A stretch of 64,000 bases of DNA from contig CAZSTS010000003.1 of NCBI GenBank assembly GCA_964609965.1, forward strand, positions 199,537 through 263,536, read 5' to 3'. Below are positions 8,305-19,123 of this stretch, in pieces. Below the pieces are notes generated by a model. The model was not told the DNA's origin, ran no database searches, and saw only the letters and a program-made list of their open reading frames with translations. Numbering within the stretch: the first letter of the stretch is position 1; each line of letters begins with the position of its first letter. The DNA is from an uncultured Nitrospirales bacterium (GTDB taxonomy: Bacteria > UBA10199 > JADGCS01). The position numbers and the translations under genes are program-made.

Positions 8305-9969
8305 TTATCGAGCCAGTTTTTTCAGTATCTTACTTAAGAAAAACTGAGCATCTTTGACTTTGAGAAGGTAGGCTGTTCCAAAATAAACAGGGAGAGCCAC
8401 AGCCATGGGGATGAGGACGTAAATGAATTTTTGAGAAAGCGATTCAGTGCCAAAGTGTTGCTGAAGATATTCCAGACTAAAGTAAACAGCTATTCCCATA
8501 ATAACAGCTGCTAAAACCGTTTTTAAAGTATTGAGCCAAAGGTTCATTGTCCACACGCCTTTCAATTTTTTTCTAAAAAAGAAAGCCTGCAAACTCACAT
8601 CAATAAAAGCCACAATAGCTGTGCAAAGGGCGATGGCCCAATGGTCAAGTCTGAGTACAAAAATAAAAATGCTGTTGATCAGAGCGTTAATCGCAATCGA
8701 CAAAAGTGAGATCTTCATGGGGGTCTTGGCATCATGAAAAGCTAAGTAGGCAGGTTGATAGATTTTGATTAATGCGTATGAAGAAATACCTAAGGCATAG
8801 GCCTTAAGGGCATAAGCTGTTTGGAAGGTGTCGTTTGAATCAAAATGACCATGTCCATAAATAAGAGAAATAATAGCTTGCCCGAGGATAATAAGCCCCA
8901 CCATTGAGGGCAGGGTGAGAAAGAGGCTCATTTGAATAGAGGACGTGATAGATTCACGGAATTTTGTTTCGTTTCTTTGGATGGTCATTTGAGCAAGAAC
9001 AGGGGCAAAGGCTGCGGCAATGGACACTCCAAAGAGTCCTAAGGGAAACTGCATGAGACGAAAAGAAAATTGGAGGTAAGACACAGAACCATCAGCGAGA
9101 AGTGAGGCAAATACTGTGTTAACAAGAACATTCACTTGAACAGCAGCACCAGCAATGATGGCAGGGCCTGTGAGCTTGAGAACTTTGATTAGGGCTGAAT
9201 CTTTAAGTTGAAAATTTAGTTTTGGGAAAAACCCCAATTTTGATGCACTTGGAATTTGAAAAAGAAACTGCCCCAGGCCTCCAAGCAATGTTCCAAAGGC
9301 CATGCCTGATATGGCAGATGATAGCGCAAGGTAGTCAGAGGTTTCAAAGGGAATTCCATTAAATATTCTATCAAAGGTGTTTGAAATGTAATCGGGTGAT
9401 AGCAGATAAGCTAATAGGAGCCCCACTGTAATGGAAATAAAATTACAAAACGTAGAAGCGCTAAAGGGGATAAAGAATTTCTTATTTGAGTTGAGGACTC
9501 CCATGAGAAGCGCTGCTAAAGAAACAAAAAAGATGTAAGGAAAAAGTATGCGCAAAAGATGAACTGTGAGATCAAATTTTTGAGGATCTCTCAGAAATCC
9601 TGCTCCAATTACGCTCACAATCTGTGGGGCGAAGATTTCTCCTAAAATGACGGTAACACCCATCACAAGGACGATGAAGGTAATCGTTTTATTGGCAAGA
9701 AGCCTGGCCTCTTCTTTTTGTCCTGTAGCGAGTTTTTGAGAGAAAATGGTGATAAAACTTTGTGACAAGGCTCCTTCAGCAGCCAGGTCTCTCAAAAGAT
9801 TTGGGATTCGAAAGGCTACATAGAATGCATCGAGCACTGCACCGGCCCCAAAAAAGAAGGCAAAAATCTGTTCACGGACAAGCCCAAGTATGCGACTTCC
9901 AAAAATCGCGATTGTAGCAATAAGAGCTCGTTTTTTTGTTCCTTTAGTATGGTCTGTGTCTATCGACAT
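8305..9969 (-). CDS. murJ: Lipid II flippase MurJ (MviN)
   Basis: 554-aa polytopic membrane protein with characteristic MurJ N-terminal motifs (GSRILGLVREQIFAFFFGAG, FRIPNLLRDL). Confidence 0.85.
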   Translation of the reverse strand: MSIDTDHTKGTKKRALIATIAIFGSRILGLVREQIFAFFFGAGAVLDAFYVAFRIPNLLRDLAAEGALSQSFITIFSQKLATGQKEEARLLANKTITFIVLVMGVTVILGEIFAPQIVSVIGAGFLRDPQKFDLTVHLLRILFPYIFFVSLAALLMGVLNSNKKFFIPFSASTFCNFISITVGLLLAYLLSPDYISNTFDRIFNGIPFETSDYLALSSAISGMAFGTLLGGLGQFLFQIPSASKLGFFPKLNFQLKDSALIKVLKLTGPAIIAGAAVQVNVLVNTVFASLLADGSVSYLQFSFRLMQFPLGLFGVSIAAAFAPVLAQMTIQRNETKFRESITSSIQMSLFLTLPSMVGLIILGQAIISLIYGHGHFDSNDTFQTAYALKAYALGISSYALIKIYQPAYLAFHDAKTPMKISLLSIAINALINSIFIFVLRLDHWAIALCTAIVAFIDVSLQAFFFRKKLKGVWTMNLWLNTLKTVLAAVIMGIAVYFSLEYLQQHFGTESLSQKFIYVLIPMAVALPVYFGTAYLLKVKDAQFFLSKILKKLAR

Positions 9970-10015
9970 GATATGTATTTAATGACTCAAAATTGTAACA
10001 ACGTAAAGTGAAAAT

Positions 10016-10750
10016 TTATTTGTTATTTAGTCGTTTTGGCAGGAAAAGAAGGGCTAGCACAACCATGAGCCAAATAAGATCCACGCTGAGTAATAGCCAT
10101 TGTTTTAAATAGATGGTGATACAGAGACCAAAACCAAAGATGCCAAAATAGAGGCCTAGAGCAAGGAGGTTGTTCAGGCGAGATGTTTTGCATTTTTTAT
10201 CAAAGCCAAGAATATAAACCCCAACAAGATTTATGAGAAGGCTGACTAAAAACCAGCCTGCAAAATTAGCTAATGTGATATCAAAATAAAAACCAGGTTC
10301 AGGATAATAATAAATTTCTCCCAAAAACCATTGTTTTCCCATATGTGTCACAGGGTCGATGATGATATCTAAAATCGTTACGAGTAGTGCCGAAATAATA
10401 ACAACCGTGATTTTGCGCATTGTGGACTTCGAACTCCTCAGTGCATAATTTGCGGCATATAATCCTGCAAAACACATAAACACATAAGAAACCGAGTCCC
10501 AAACAGGCACTCCATTATTGAGCCATTCGCCTTGGAGGTTTTCGTACTTGTAAAAATACCATCCATAGGGAAAACCATAATTAATAGATAAGTATTCACT
10601 GAAAAAAGCTATGGTATAACCAAAGATAAGATAAGAAAACATCCATCGCCAATTGACTGCCTTAGTGGCTATTATCATATAAGATAACAAAAAGAGAATG
10701 ACGTAAGGGCGTTTGATAATGGTTGTGATGAGAAAGTCCATAAAAATCAA
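10016..10750 (-). CDS. Polytopic integral membrane protein of unknown function
   Basis: About 7 predicted TM helices. No recognisable motifs. Confidence 0.5.
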   Translation of the reverse strand: MIFMDFLITTIIKRPYVILFLLSYMIIATKAVNWRWMFSYLIFGYTIAFFSEYLSINYGFPYGWYFYKYENLQGEWLNNGVPVWDSVSYVFMCFAGLYAANYALRSSKSTMRKITVVIISALLVTILDIIIDPVTHMGKQWFLGEIYYYPEPGFYFDITLANFAGWFLVSLLINLVGVYILGFDKKCKTSRLNNLLALGLYFGIFGFGLCITIYLKQWLLLSVDLIWLMVVLALLFLPKRLNNK

Positions 10751-10822
10751 TCCTTAGCAAACAGTTGACGACGTCACAGCTTAACAGGTATCGCATAATA
10801 TAAATATAAACAAAGGTTTTTT

Positions 10823-12367
10823 ATGCACGACAAATTAGAACTATTAAAACAATATAATGAGAAAGCGCTACTTGGGGGCGGACAAGCTCGTATAGACAAA
10901 CAACACGCAGCTGGAAAGATGACAGCACGAGAGCGAATAGAATTTTTGCTCGATGAAGGTTCTTTTGTAGAGGTTGATAAATTTGTGGCTCATAATTGCC
11001 AGGATTTTGGTATGGAAAAAAAGAAGGTTTTGGGTGACGGTGTTGTGACAGGGTATGGAACGGTTAACGGGCGTAAAATATTTGTGTTTGCCCAAGATTT
11101 CACTGCCTTTGGGGGCTCATTAGGTGAGGCTTTTGCTCAGAAAATATGCAAGATCATGGATATGGCAAAAAAGACCAATTCTCCTGTTATTGGTTTGAAT
11201 GATTCAGGTGGTGCTCGTATTCAAGAAGGAGTGGTAAGTTTAGCAGGGTATGCCGATATCTTTTTACGAAATGTCATGTCTTCGGGTGTTGTTCCACAAA
11301 TTTCGGTTATTATGGGGCCTTGTGCAGGTGGTGCTGTGTACAGTCCAGCCATGACTGATTTTATCATCATGGTGAAAAAAAGTTCACATATGTTTATCAC
11401 AGGTCCCGAAGTGATAAAAGCGGTTACCCACGAAGATGTGAATAAAGAAGACTTAGGTGGTGCCGAAGCCCATGCTACAAAAAGTGGTGTGGCACATTTT
11501 GTTGCTGAAGATGAGCAAGATGCCTTGAATATCGTAAAAGATGTTTTGAGTTATTCACCTTCGAGCAACTCAGAGAGAACTCCTGTTAGTGCTACTGATG
11601 ACCCCTGGGATCGTGAAGATGAGAGTTTAAATACGGTCGTCCCAAATAATTCTAAAAGGGCTTACGATGTTAAAGACATCATCACAAAGGTTGTTGATGA
11701 TGGAAGATTTTTAGAAGTCCACAAAAGTTACGCTCAAAACATGGTTGTGGGGTTTGCGCGATTTAAAGGGCGTTCTGTTGGTATTGTGGCAAATCAACCT
11801 TCTTTTTTAGCAGGGTGTTTAGATATTAAAGCTTCGGTGAAAGGGGCTCGTTTTGTTCGTTATTGCGACGCTTTTAATATCCCCTTGGTTACCTTTGTTG
11901 ATGTTCCTGGTTTCTTGCCAGGAATCCAACAAGAAGAGGGAGGTATTATTTTTAACGGTGCTAAACTTCTTTATGCTTTTTGTGAGGCGACAGTTCCCAA
12001 AATTACACTCATTCTTCGCAAGGCCTATGGTGGGGCCTATGATGTGATGAGTTCAAAGCATATTAGAGGCGACATCAATTACGCGTATCCTTCTGCTGAG
12101 ATTGCTGTTATGGGGCCTCAAGGGGCTGTGAATATTATTTTTCGTAAAGAGATAGCTGCTGCAGAGGATCCTGCTAAAACAAAAGAAGAACTCGTTGATC
12201 AGTATTGTGAAAAATTTGCTAATCCTTATAAAGCGGCTGAGCTAGGGTACATTGATGAAGTGATTTACCCTCAAGAAACGAGAAAAAAGATTGTACAGGC
12301 ATTAGAAATGCTAAAAGATAAGGTGGATAGTAATCCCAAGAAGAAACATGGGAATATACCTTTGTAG
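10823..12367 (+). CDS. Acyl-CoA carboxylase carboxyltransferase subunit (propionyl-CoA carboxylase beta / methylmalonyl-CoA carboxyltransferase 12S family)
   Basis: 514 aa with strong family resemblance along the whole length ([40 protein letters not shown]). Confidence 0.9.
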   Translation: MHDKLELLKQYNEKALLGGGQARIDKQHAAGKMTARERIEFLLDEGSFVEVDKFVAHNCQDFGMEKKKVLGDGVVTGYGTVNGRKIFVFAQDFTAFGGSLGEAFAQKICKIMDMAKKTNSPVIGLNDSGGARIQEGVVSLAGYADIFLRNVMSSGVVPQISVIMGPCAGGAVYSPAMTDFIIMVKKSSHMFITGPEVIKAVTHEDVNKEDLGGAEAHATKSGVAHFVAEDEQDALNIVKDVLSYSPSSNSERTPVSATDDPWDREDESLNTVVPNNSKRAYDVKDIITKVVDDGRFLEVHKSYAQNMVVGFARFKGRSVGIVANQPSFLAGCLDIKASVKGARFVRYCDAFNIPLVTFVDVPGFLPGIQQEEGGIIFNGAKLLYAFCEATVPKITLILRKAYGGAYDVMSSKHIRGDINYAYPSAEIAVMGPQGAVNIIFRKEIAAAEDPAKTKEELVDQYCEKFANPYKAAELGYIDEVIYPQETRKKIVQALEMLKDKVDSNPKKKHGNIPL

Positions 12368-12399
12368 TGGGTTGTGGATAGTGGATTGTGGGTCGAGAA
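12365..12399. repeat. Tandem heptanucleotide array (tagtggg ttgtgga tagtgga ttgtggg)
   Basis: 7-nt periodicity starting at the stop codon of the carboxyltransferase gene. Confidence 0.65.
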
Positions 12400-12413
12400 G
12401 TTTAGGAGAAAAA

Positions 12414-12731
12414 ATGAAAAAAATTATTATAACATTATTTTTGATGGCCGTTTTTAGTTTTATCAGTTTTAATGCTTTTTCAAACGAGATTACACACGCT
12501 ATTGGTGATACCGGGTACATGATTCGAGAGGCTATGCACGAAAAAGCTTATATAACAGATTACAAAAAATATAAACTGGCTATAAAATTACAAAAAGAAG
12601 CTAAACAATATTTGCACGGAACCCATAAAAATGGGCGTAGTGTTTCCAAAGCCATGGCCCTAACAAAACAGGCTTATGCTTTAGCTAAGCAGGCTAGAGA
12701 CTCGGCGTTAGTGCAAAAGAAATATTGGTGA
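12414..12731 (+). CDS. Small secreted protein (106 aa from MKKIIITLF)
   Basis: Start moved from the track ORF (12348) to the ATG at 12414, which has an AGGAG RBS and a signal peptide. Confidence 0.5.
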   Translation: MKKIIITLFLMAVFSFISFNAFSNEITHAIGDTGYMIREAMHEKAYITDYKKYKLAIKLQKEAKQYLHGTHKNGRSVSKAMALTKQAYALAKQARDSALVQKKYW

Positions 12732-12735
12732 ATAT

Positions 12736-13635
12736 ATGTATGAATCAAATTTAAAACAGTTTCCTTTATTATTCAGAGGCAAAGTAAGAGATATGTATGA
12801 TTTGGGAGATGATTTGCTTATCATCGCCACAGATAGAATCTCGGCCTTTGATGTCATTCTTCCTAAGCCCATACTTGGAAAGGGTATTGTGCTCACAAAA
12901 CTTACTGAGTTTTGGTTAGAGCACTTTAAAAATATTGTGCCTTCGCATACATCAGAATTAAAACTTAATGATGTGATTTCTGATTCCAAGACTTTTGAAG
13001 AATTAAAAGACCGCACAGTGGTTGTTAAAAAAGCCAAACCTCTTCCTATTGAATGTGTGGTGAGGGGGTATCTCTTGGGTTCTGGTTATAAAGACTATCA
13101 AAACACAGGCACAGTTTGTGGTATTGAGCTTCCTAAAGGACTTAAGTTGGCCGAAAAACTTCCCGAACCTATTTTTACTCCTGCTACAAAGGCTGAACAG
13201 GGTGATCACGATGAAAACATCGATTTTGAAACAGCGAGCCAGCTTGTAGGGCATGCTTTGGCAAATAAGGTGCGAGATATTAGCATCCAGCTTTATAGCG
13301 AGGCAGCCAAGTACGCTGAAGAACGAGGTATTATTATCGCAGACACAAAATTTGAATTTGGCTTATTGGGTGATAAACTTATTATTATTGATGAGGTACT
13401 TACTCCAGATTCTTCACGTTTTTGGGATGCCAAAACCTATCAGGTTGGTGTGAGTCCACCTAGTTTTGACAAACAAATTATTAGAGATTACTTAGAAACA
13501 CTCGATTGGGACAAAAAGGCTCCAGGGCCTGAGTTGCCAGATGAGGTAGTTCAAAAAGCTTCACGAAAATACCAGGAGGTATTAGAAAAACTAACCCACA
13601 GTGTGGGTTTTATGCCCCGTCATTTGGAGCGTTGA
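12736..13635 (+). CDS. purC: SAICAR synthetase, long (ADE1-like) form
   Basis: LFRGKVRDMYDLGDDLLIIATDRISAFD and other conserved PurC motifs. Confidence 0.9.
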   Translation: MYESNLKQFPLLFRGKVRDMYDLGDDLLIIATDRISAFDVILPKPILGKGIVLTKLTEFWLEHFKNIVPSHTSELKLNDVISDSKTFEELKDRTVVVKKAKPLPIECVVRGYLLGSGYKDYQNTGTVCGIELPKGLKLAEKLPEPIFTPATKAEQGDHDENIDFETASQLVGHALANKVRDISIQLYSEAAKYAEERGIIIADTKFEFGLLGDKLIIIDEVLTPDSSRFWDAKTYQVGVSPPSFDKQIIRDYLETLDWDKKAPGPELPDEVVQKASRKYQEVLEKLTHSVGFMPRHLER

Positions 13636-13703
13636 CGTATTTTTTTTCAGATTGATACCCTGTAATTTATTGCGGGGTTATTTATTAACTAATAGGAGGC
13701 AAT

Positions 13704-14186
13704 ATGACAACAGAACCACAAGTCGTTATTCTCATGGGAAGCCAGTCAGATGAAGAAGTTATGGCGAAGGCCGCAGAGGTCTTGAGTAAATTTGATGTAT
13801 CCCATGAAGAAAAAATCATGTCAGCCCACCGTTTGCCAGAGCCTGTTGCTGAATACGCCACTCAGGCAAAAAGCAAAGGGGTCAAAATTTTTATCGCTGG
13901 AGCAGGACTTGCTGCCCATTTAGCAGGTGCAGTCGCCGCTCACACAACATTACCTGTCATTGGAGTTCCTTTAGATTCTGGAAAGGGTTTAGGCGGGCTC
14001 GATGCTTTGTTATCCACAATGCAAATGCCAAAGGGCGTTCCTGTAGCTACAGTAGCTATTGATGGAGCTGCCAATGCGGCTTTTCTCGCTATTCAAATTT
14101 TATCTCTCCAAGATGAGGCGCTTGCTGAAAGGTTTGAACATTATAGATCAGTACAAGCAGGAAAGCTTCTGAGAAACACCGGATAA
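13704..14186 (+). CDS. purE: N5-carboxyaminoimidazole ribonucleotide mutase
   Basis: VVILMGSQSD ... AGAGLAAHLAGAVAAHTTLPVIGVP is the classic PurE signature. Confidence 0.9.
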   Translation: MTTEPQVVILMGSQSDEEVMAKAAEVLSKFDVSHEEKIMSAHRLPEPVAEYATQAKSKGVKIFIAGAGLAAHLAGAVAAHTTLPVIGVPLDSGKGLGGLDALLSTMQMPKGVPVATVAIDGAANAAFLAIQILSLQDEALAERFEHYRSVQAGKLLRNTG

Positions 14187-14219
14187 GGATTCGCCAGCTC
14201 TTTAAAGTGTAAGAATCTT

Positions 14220-15314
14220 TCAAATAATTCCAAAAACGAGCATGATGATCAAGAGCATAGGTGCGGAAAGCAGAGGCATGACGAGGTTGTCGTCTAGCTT
14301 TTTGAATGAGGATTCAGCTATAGCACCAGCCAATCCAGCCATGATAGAAAAAGGAAGAGCGTAAAGAGGTTGTAGTGTGTTGCTAAATATAAAGGTGCTG
14401 CAGAGAGCAGCGAGCGAAGAACAGGCTATAAAGCATGCAAGAAACCCTTCTAAACTAACATGGGTTTTGATTTTTATTTTACCCCAGGTTGAACCAATTA
14501 TGCCTGCAATAGGATCAGCAACAGCGATGAAGAGCATGGTGAGTGTGGCTGTTTCTAGAGGGAAAACATAGTAAACAATTGCCATAGAAACAATGTAATG
14601 AGTAGCCGCTGTGACGCGCGTTTTTTCGTGTTCCCGCATGAGTGGTCCAAAAAAACGCCAAACGATTTTTTTTACAGTTTTGTTATTATGACGTAAAACT
14701 TCGACTGATAGACTGAGCGTGATAAAAAAAGTAGCGATAATATTTTTTACTAATGGAGGAAGTCCTGCATAAACAAAAAGAAAGAGAAAAGAGAGGCCCA
14801 TGAGAGTGTGAAAGATTTTTCTGCGCCATTGGAGGTTTGTGCGACACGAAAAAACAGCTTCTCCGCGCATGATTTTTTTGATTAAGGTATGTTCTTCGAG
14901 TTCAGACGTTTTATTGGCAATGTATTTGAGTTGGTCGTGAAATCGATTGATCTGGCTATCTAATTCTTGAAAATGACGATTAAGTGTTTGGCTAATGTCT
15001 GAAAAGGAAATATTTTTGATTTCAGACACAAAAGACTTCATTTCTGTGTCAAAACGGTCAAGGTCATTCAGAATGGATTTAATGATCTCGCGTTTGCGCA
15101 GGCCTTTTGGCATATTTTGCAGCGATACTCTATAACTAGCCATGACTTCGGGCCAATTAGCTCTCCACGAAGTCAGTATTTTTTGGCGATAATTTTGAAA
15201 AGTCTCTGAGGAGCCAATCGATAACCCCTTGATGTCCTTTTTTAATTGATCAAGAAGCTCTGCAAAATTAAGGCTCGCTTTTGGAAAGGTTGTTGTCATA
15301 AGGCTTTTTGACAT
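14220..15314 (-). CDS. Membrane protein with an N-terminal cytoplasmic coiled-coil domain and a C-terminal polytopic domain resembling the CTP-dependent lipid kinase / cytidylyltransferase family (dolichol-kinase-like)
   Basis: Composition and TM pattern only. The family call is weak. Confidence 0.35.
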   Translation of the reverse strand: MSKSLMTTTFPKASLNFAELLDQLKKDIKGLSIGSSETFQNYRQKILTSWRANWPEVMASYRVSLQNMPKGLRKREIIKSILNDLDRFDTEMKSFVSEIKNISFSDISQTLNRHFQELDSQINRFHDQLKYIANKTSELEEHTLIKKIMRGEAVFSCRTNLQWRRKIFHTLMGLSFLFLFVYAGLPPLVKNIIATFFITLSLSVEVLRHNNKTVKKIVWRFFGPLMREHEKTRVTAATHYIVSMAIVYYVFPLETATLTMLFIAVADPIAGIIGSTWGKIKIKTHVSLEGFLACFIACSSLAALCSTFIFSNTLQPLYALPFSIMAGLAGAIAESSFKKLDDNLVMPLLSAPMLLIIMLVFGII

Positions 15315-15414
15315 GTTAGTCTGGTAGCAGATGAGGGGGGTTTAAACAAAGGGAAAAGGACAAAGGGAAAGCTCTTTGTCTTTTCTGTAGAAAAAACAAA
15401 AGGTTATCAAGTTT

Positions 15415-16122
15415 ATGAAAAATGTTAAATTAAAATTCGAAGACTGTGAATGGGCCTCAAATCCTATTTTTGAGAAACTTCTTCCCAGTGAAATTCAACT
15501 TATTGAAGAAAACAAAGTTTGTAATATCTATAAGAAAAGTCAGGCGATTTTTCATGAAGGAAATCCCCCTTTGGGTTTGTATTGTGTTCATGAGGGAAAT
15601 GTAAAAGTTTTTAAAACTGGAGTGGATGGACGTGAACAAATTGTGCGAATGGCCAAAAAGGGTGACATCATTGGTTACCGTGCTTTGATAGGAAAGGAGA
15701 TTTACACTGCCACTGCTTCGGCTATTGTTGATTCAAAAATTTGTTTTATTGAAAAGCAGGTATTTTTTGATATTATTAATTCTAATCAAGAAATGCTTTG
15801 GGCTATGATGCGTTTACTCGCTCACGAGTTACATGCTGCAGAAGATTTTTTGGCTGACATGGCTCAAAAAACAGTGCGTGAAAGACTTGCCGAAGTTCTC
15901 ATCCTTCTCAAAAACAAATATGGTTGCCAAGAGGTAGATGATGAAACATTGAATGTGATTTTATCACGCGATGAGCTCGCGAGTATTGTGGGTACAGCTA
16001 CTGAGACTCTTATCCGGCATCTATCAGATTTCAAGGATGAAGGTGTGATTCAAGTGAAGGGTCGCAAAATCAAAATTGTCGATTCAGAAAAGCTTATTGG
16101 TATAGCTAATATTAGTTTGTGA
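15415..16122 (+). CDS. Crp/Fnr-family transcriptional regulator
   Basis: cNMP-binding beta-roll (FHEGNPPLGLYCVHEGNVKV ... DIIGYRAL) plus a C-terminal HTH (RDELASIVGTATETLIRHLSDF). Confidence 0.85.
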   Translation: MKNVKLKFEDCEWASNPIFEKLLPSEIQLIEENKVCNIYKKSQAIFHEGNPPLGLYCVHEGNVKVFKTGVDGREQIVRMAKKGDIIGYRALIGKEIYTATASAIVDSKICFIEKQVFFDIINSNQEMLWAMMRLLAHELHAAEDFLADMAQKTVRERLAEVLILLKNKYGCQEVDDETLNVILSRDELASIVGTATETLIRHLSDFKDEGVIQVKGRKIKIVDSEKLIGIANISL

Positions 16123-16165
16123 GGACGTCTAGAGTCTTGCGTCTAGTGTCTAGCGTCTGGCGTGA
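16123..16165. repeat. Tandem heptanucleotide array (gtctaga gtcttgc gtctagt gtctagc gtctggc)
   Basis: 7-nt periodicity immediately after the Crp stop. Confidence 0.7.
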
Positions 16166-16189
16166 AAAGCTATCTAGTATTCCAAGACG

Positions 16190-17692
16190 TTATTTCTTCG
16201 CTTCTTTTTCCAACAACTCGTTAATCGCTTTAGCAGCTCTTCGACCCTCACCCATAGCGAGAATGACAGTAGCTGCTCCTAAAACGATATCGCCACCAGC
16301 GTAGACTTTTTCGACTTTTGTTTTCTGCGTATCATCTACAAGAATATTGCCCCATTTATTAGTCTCAATTTCTGGGGTTGTAGCAGCAATAAGAGGATTG
16401 CTGTTATTGCCAATAGCCACGATCACTGTATCAACGTCCAAAATAAATTCACTGCCAGGGATAACAACAGGGCGACGTCGTCCTGATTCGTCTGGCTCTC
16501 CTAGTTCGTACTTTAAACATTCCATGGCTTTGACATGGGTTTTTTCGTCACCCAAAATCCGCTTCGCATTATTGAGGAAGTGAAAAATAATGCCTTCTTC
16601 TTTAGCATGTGCCACTTCTTCGACTCGGGCAGGCATTTCCTTCTCAGTTCTACGGTAAACAACAAAGACTTCTTCGGCCCCAAGACGCTTTGCCATACGT
16701 GCAGAATCCATGGCAACATTACCACCACCCAAAACAGCCACACGTTTTGATTTAAAGATAGGTGTGTCAGCTTTTTCTTTGTCAAAGGCTCGCATGAGAT
16801 TGGCTCGAGTTAGATACTCGTTAGCAGAAAAAACGCCCACGAGATTTTCACCCTCAATACCCATGAACATAGGAAGACCAGCGCCTGTGCCTACAAAAAC
16901 AGCATCAAAGCCGTCTTTTTTCATAAGATCTTTGAGTTTGCGCGTGCGACCAACAACGTAATTCATTTTAAATTCCACACCCATAGCGTGTAATGTCTCA
17001 ATCTCTTGATCAACTATGCTGTTTGGGAGTCGAAATTCGGGAATACCATAGACCATGACCCCGCCCATTTTATGAAAGGCTTCAAAAATAGTAACTGAAT
17101 GACCTTCACGTCTTACGTCGGCAGCCACAACTAAACCAGCAGGTCCACTTCCAACAATAGCGACTTTTTTACCTGTTTCGGGTTTAACCTGAGGTGTTTC
17201 GATTGTGCCTTGTCCTCTTTCCCAGTCAGCAACAAAGCGTTCGAGTCGACCAATAGAAACAGCTTTATCAACACTCTTGAGAGATTTTCCAATGGTGCAT
17301 GTTTCTTGGCATTGGGTTTCTTGTGGGCAGACACGACCACAAATAGCAGGGAGCAAGCTGTTTTCTTTGATGGTGTTAATGGCGGCTTGAAAATCACCGT
17401 CTGCAATTTCTTTAATGAACCGAGGGATATCGATTTGAACGGGACAACCATCAATGCATGGTTTATTTTTACACTCAATGCAACGCATGGCTTCGACCAC
17501 GGCCTGAAGAGGTGTGTAGCCTAGGGCAACTTCTTCGAGATTTGTGGCTCTTACCTTAGGGTCTTGAGAAGGCATGTCTTGCGAAGGAATTTTGAGACGA
17601 TCTTTAGGCTTGAGCTCGTCTTTTTTGTCCTTGAGTTCGTTGTAAATTGATTCAGCTTCTTTTGTGATTTGTTCTGCTGTTTTATGAGTCAT
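16190..17692 (-). CDS. GltD-family NAD(P)H oxidoreductase: glutamate synthase small-subunit-like (NfnB / SudA-type)
   Basis: N-terminal Cys clusters (CIECKNKPC, CPVQ). Two dinucleotide-binding motifs (VAIVGSGPAG, VAVLGGGNVAMD). Confidence 0.8.
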   Translation of the reverse strand: MTHKTAEQITKEAESIYNELKDKKDELKPKDRLKIPSQDMPSQDPKVRATNLEEVALGYTPLQAVVEAMRCIECKNKPCIDGCPVQIDIPRFIKEIADGDFQAAINTIKENSLLPAICGRVCPQETQCQETCTIGKSLKSVDKAVSIGRLERFVADWERGQGTIETPQVKPETGKKVAIVGSGPAGLVVAADVRREGHSVTIFEAFHKMGGVMVYGIPEFRLPNSIVDQEIETLHAMGVEFKMNYVVGRTRKLKDLMKKDGFDAVFVGTGAGLPMFMGIEGENLVGVFSANEYLTRANLMRAFDKEKADTPIFKSKRVAVLGGGNVAMDSARMAKRLGAEEVFVVYRRTEKEMPARVEEVAHAKEEGIIFHFLNNAKRILGDEKTHVKAMECLKYELGEPDESGRRRPVVIPGSEFILDVDTVIVAIGNNSNPLIAATTPEIETNKWGNILVDDTQKTKVEKVYAGGDIVLGAATVILAMGEGRRAAKAINELLEKEAKK

Positions 17693-18546
17693 TATTTTTT
17701 CTCCTTAGCATCTTCCACTTGTTTATCGAGATTGCAGGAATGTTTTTCTTCTTCGATATCTTTGTATGAATTCAATCTGGCCATCATATTATCAAAATCC
17801 ACAAGATGACCATCAAACTCTGGTCCATCTACACAGACAAATTTTACATCATCTCCAATATTAACACGACACCCGCCACACATACCGGTTCCATCAACCA
17901 TGATCGTGTTTAAAGAGACTTGGGTAAAAACTTTGTATGGCCTGGTTGTTTCAGCACAAAACTTCATCATAATGGGAGGGCCAATAGCTATAGCCATTTC
18001 TGGTTTGGGGGATCTTTCACAGATTTCTTTAAGAGGTTCTGTGACAAGAGCTTTTCTTCCATATGAACCATCGTCTGTGCAGACAATGAGTTCATCTGCA
18101 ATAGCCTTCATTTCTTCTTCTAATATAATAAGATCTTTTGTCCGTGCTCCAATAATCGTGATAACGTGATTCCCGGCCTTTTTTAGGGCTTGAGCAATAG
18201 GATGAAGGGGGGCCACGCCAATACCACCGCCCACGCAGACCACAGTGCCTATTTTTTCGATATGCGTTGGGTTGCCCAAAGGGCCAACAACTGTGTTGAT
18301 GTCGTCTCCCACATTCATTTTAGAAAGATCTGTTGTGGTTTTACCAACAACCTGAAAAATAATGGTAATAGTACCTTCTTTTTCATTAGCATCAGCTATG
18401 GTGAGCGGGATGCGCTCGCCAAATTCATCATCAAGTTGTAAAATAACAAACTGACCTGGTTGTCTTTCTTCGGCAATAAGAGGTGTATCAAGTGTCATGA
18501 GATAGACATCTTTAGATAACTGCTTTTTAGTGATGATTTTACTCAT
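17692..18546 (-). CDS. PyrK-like FAD/NAD-binding [2Fe-2S] electron-transfer subunit (NfnA / SudB-type)
   Basis: Ferredoxin-NADP-reductase fold motifs and a C-terminal Cys cluster (GMCGGCRV ... C...C). Start overlaps the stop of the GltD-like gene. Confidence 0.75.
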   Translation of the reverse strand: MSKIITKKQLSKDVYLMTLDTPLIAEERQPGQFVILQLDDEFGERIPLTIADANEKEGTITIIFQVVGKTTTDLSKMNVGDDINTVVGPLGNPTHIEKIGTVVCVGGGIGVAPLHPIAQALKKAGNHVITIIGARTKDLIILEEEMKAIADELIVCTDDGSYGRKALVTEPLKEICERSPKPEMAIAIGPPIMMKFCAETTRPYKVFTQVSLNTIMVDGTGMCGGCRVNIGDDVKFVCVDGPEFDGHLVDFDNMMARLNSYKDIEEEKHSCNLDKQVEDAKEKK

Positions 18547-18733
18547 TTTTTACCCTTTTTGTGATTGAAGGTTATGTTAGGGTGCTTTAGCTAACATACC
18601 CAATATTCAGTTGGCAACCGTGACGTATGAAAGTTTTTCAATTTCTAGACTTGTCTCGATGAATAGTTTAATATAGTAAAATAACTCAGAAATTTATTAT
18701 TTTTTCCAATAATGAATTACAAAAGGGTATTTT

Positions 18734-19117
18734 ATGGCAGACAAAAGAAAAGTTTTAGTTGTTGATGATGATGTAGACCTTGTTGGGCTCATTCGCGAAT
18801 ATCTTGAAGCCTGTGGATACGAAACCTTTGAAGCCTTTGAAGGGGTTCGTGCTATCGAATTGGTGCGTAAAATTAAACCCGACGTTATTCTTTTAGATAT
18901 CATGATGCCAGCAGGAAGGGGCGATGAGGTCATGCATAATCTTCATCACCATTACGAAACGTCAAACATACCAGTGATTATCATTTCTGGGGTCACTGAT
19001 GCTGTCTTGCAAGAAAAGGTCATGTCTGAAGGGGCAAAAATCTTTTTGAAAAAGCCTTTTGAATTAGATGAGGTTGTTGAGGCTATTGAAAAGGTTATTG
19101 GAAAACCCGTCGACTAA
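18734..19117 (+). CDS. Single-domain CheY-like response regulator
   Basis: VLVVDDD ... LDIMMP ... a canonical receiver of 127 aa with no output domain. Confidence 0.85.
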   Translation: MADKRKVLVVDDDVDLVGLIREYLEACGYETFEAFEGVRAIELVRKIKPDVILLDIMMPAGRGDEVMHNLHHHYETSNIPVIIISGVTDAVLQEKVMSEGAKIFLKKPFELDEVVEAIEKVIGKPVD

Positions 19118-19123
19118 TTTTTT

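Noticed and set aside
8159-8347. 62-aa ORF spanning the murJ-protease intergenic region
   Set aside because: It coincides with the GC-rich hairpins and the ORF frame is incidental. There is no RBS.
10751-10822. Palindromic TGACGACGTCA upstream of the carboxyltransferase gene as a regulatory site
   Set aside because: It is short, imperfect and contains a common GACGTC core, which is insufficient on its own.
16119-16304. 61-aa ORF starting in the heptamer array after the Crp gene
   Set aside because: It overlaps the 3' end of the GltD-like gene on the opposite strand and is built from the repeat. Not credible as a CDS.
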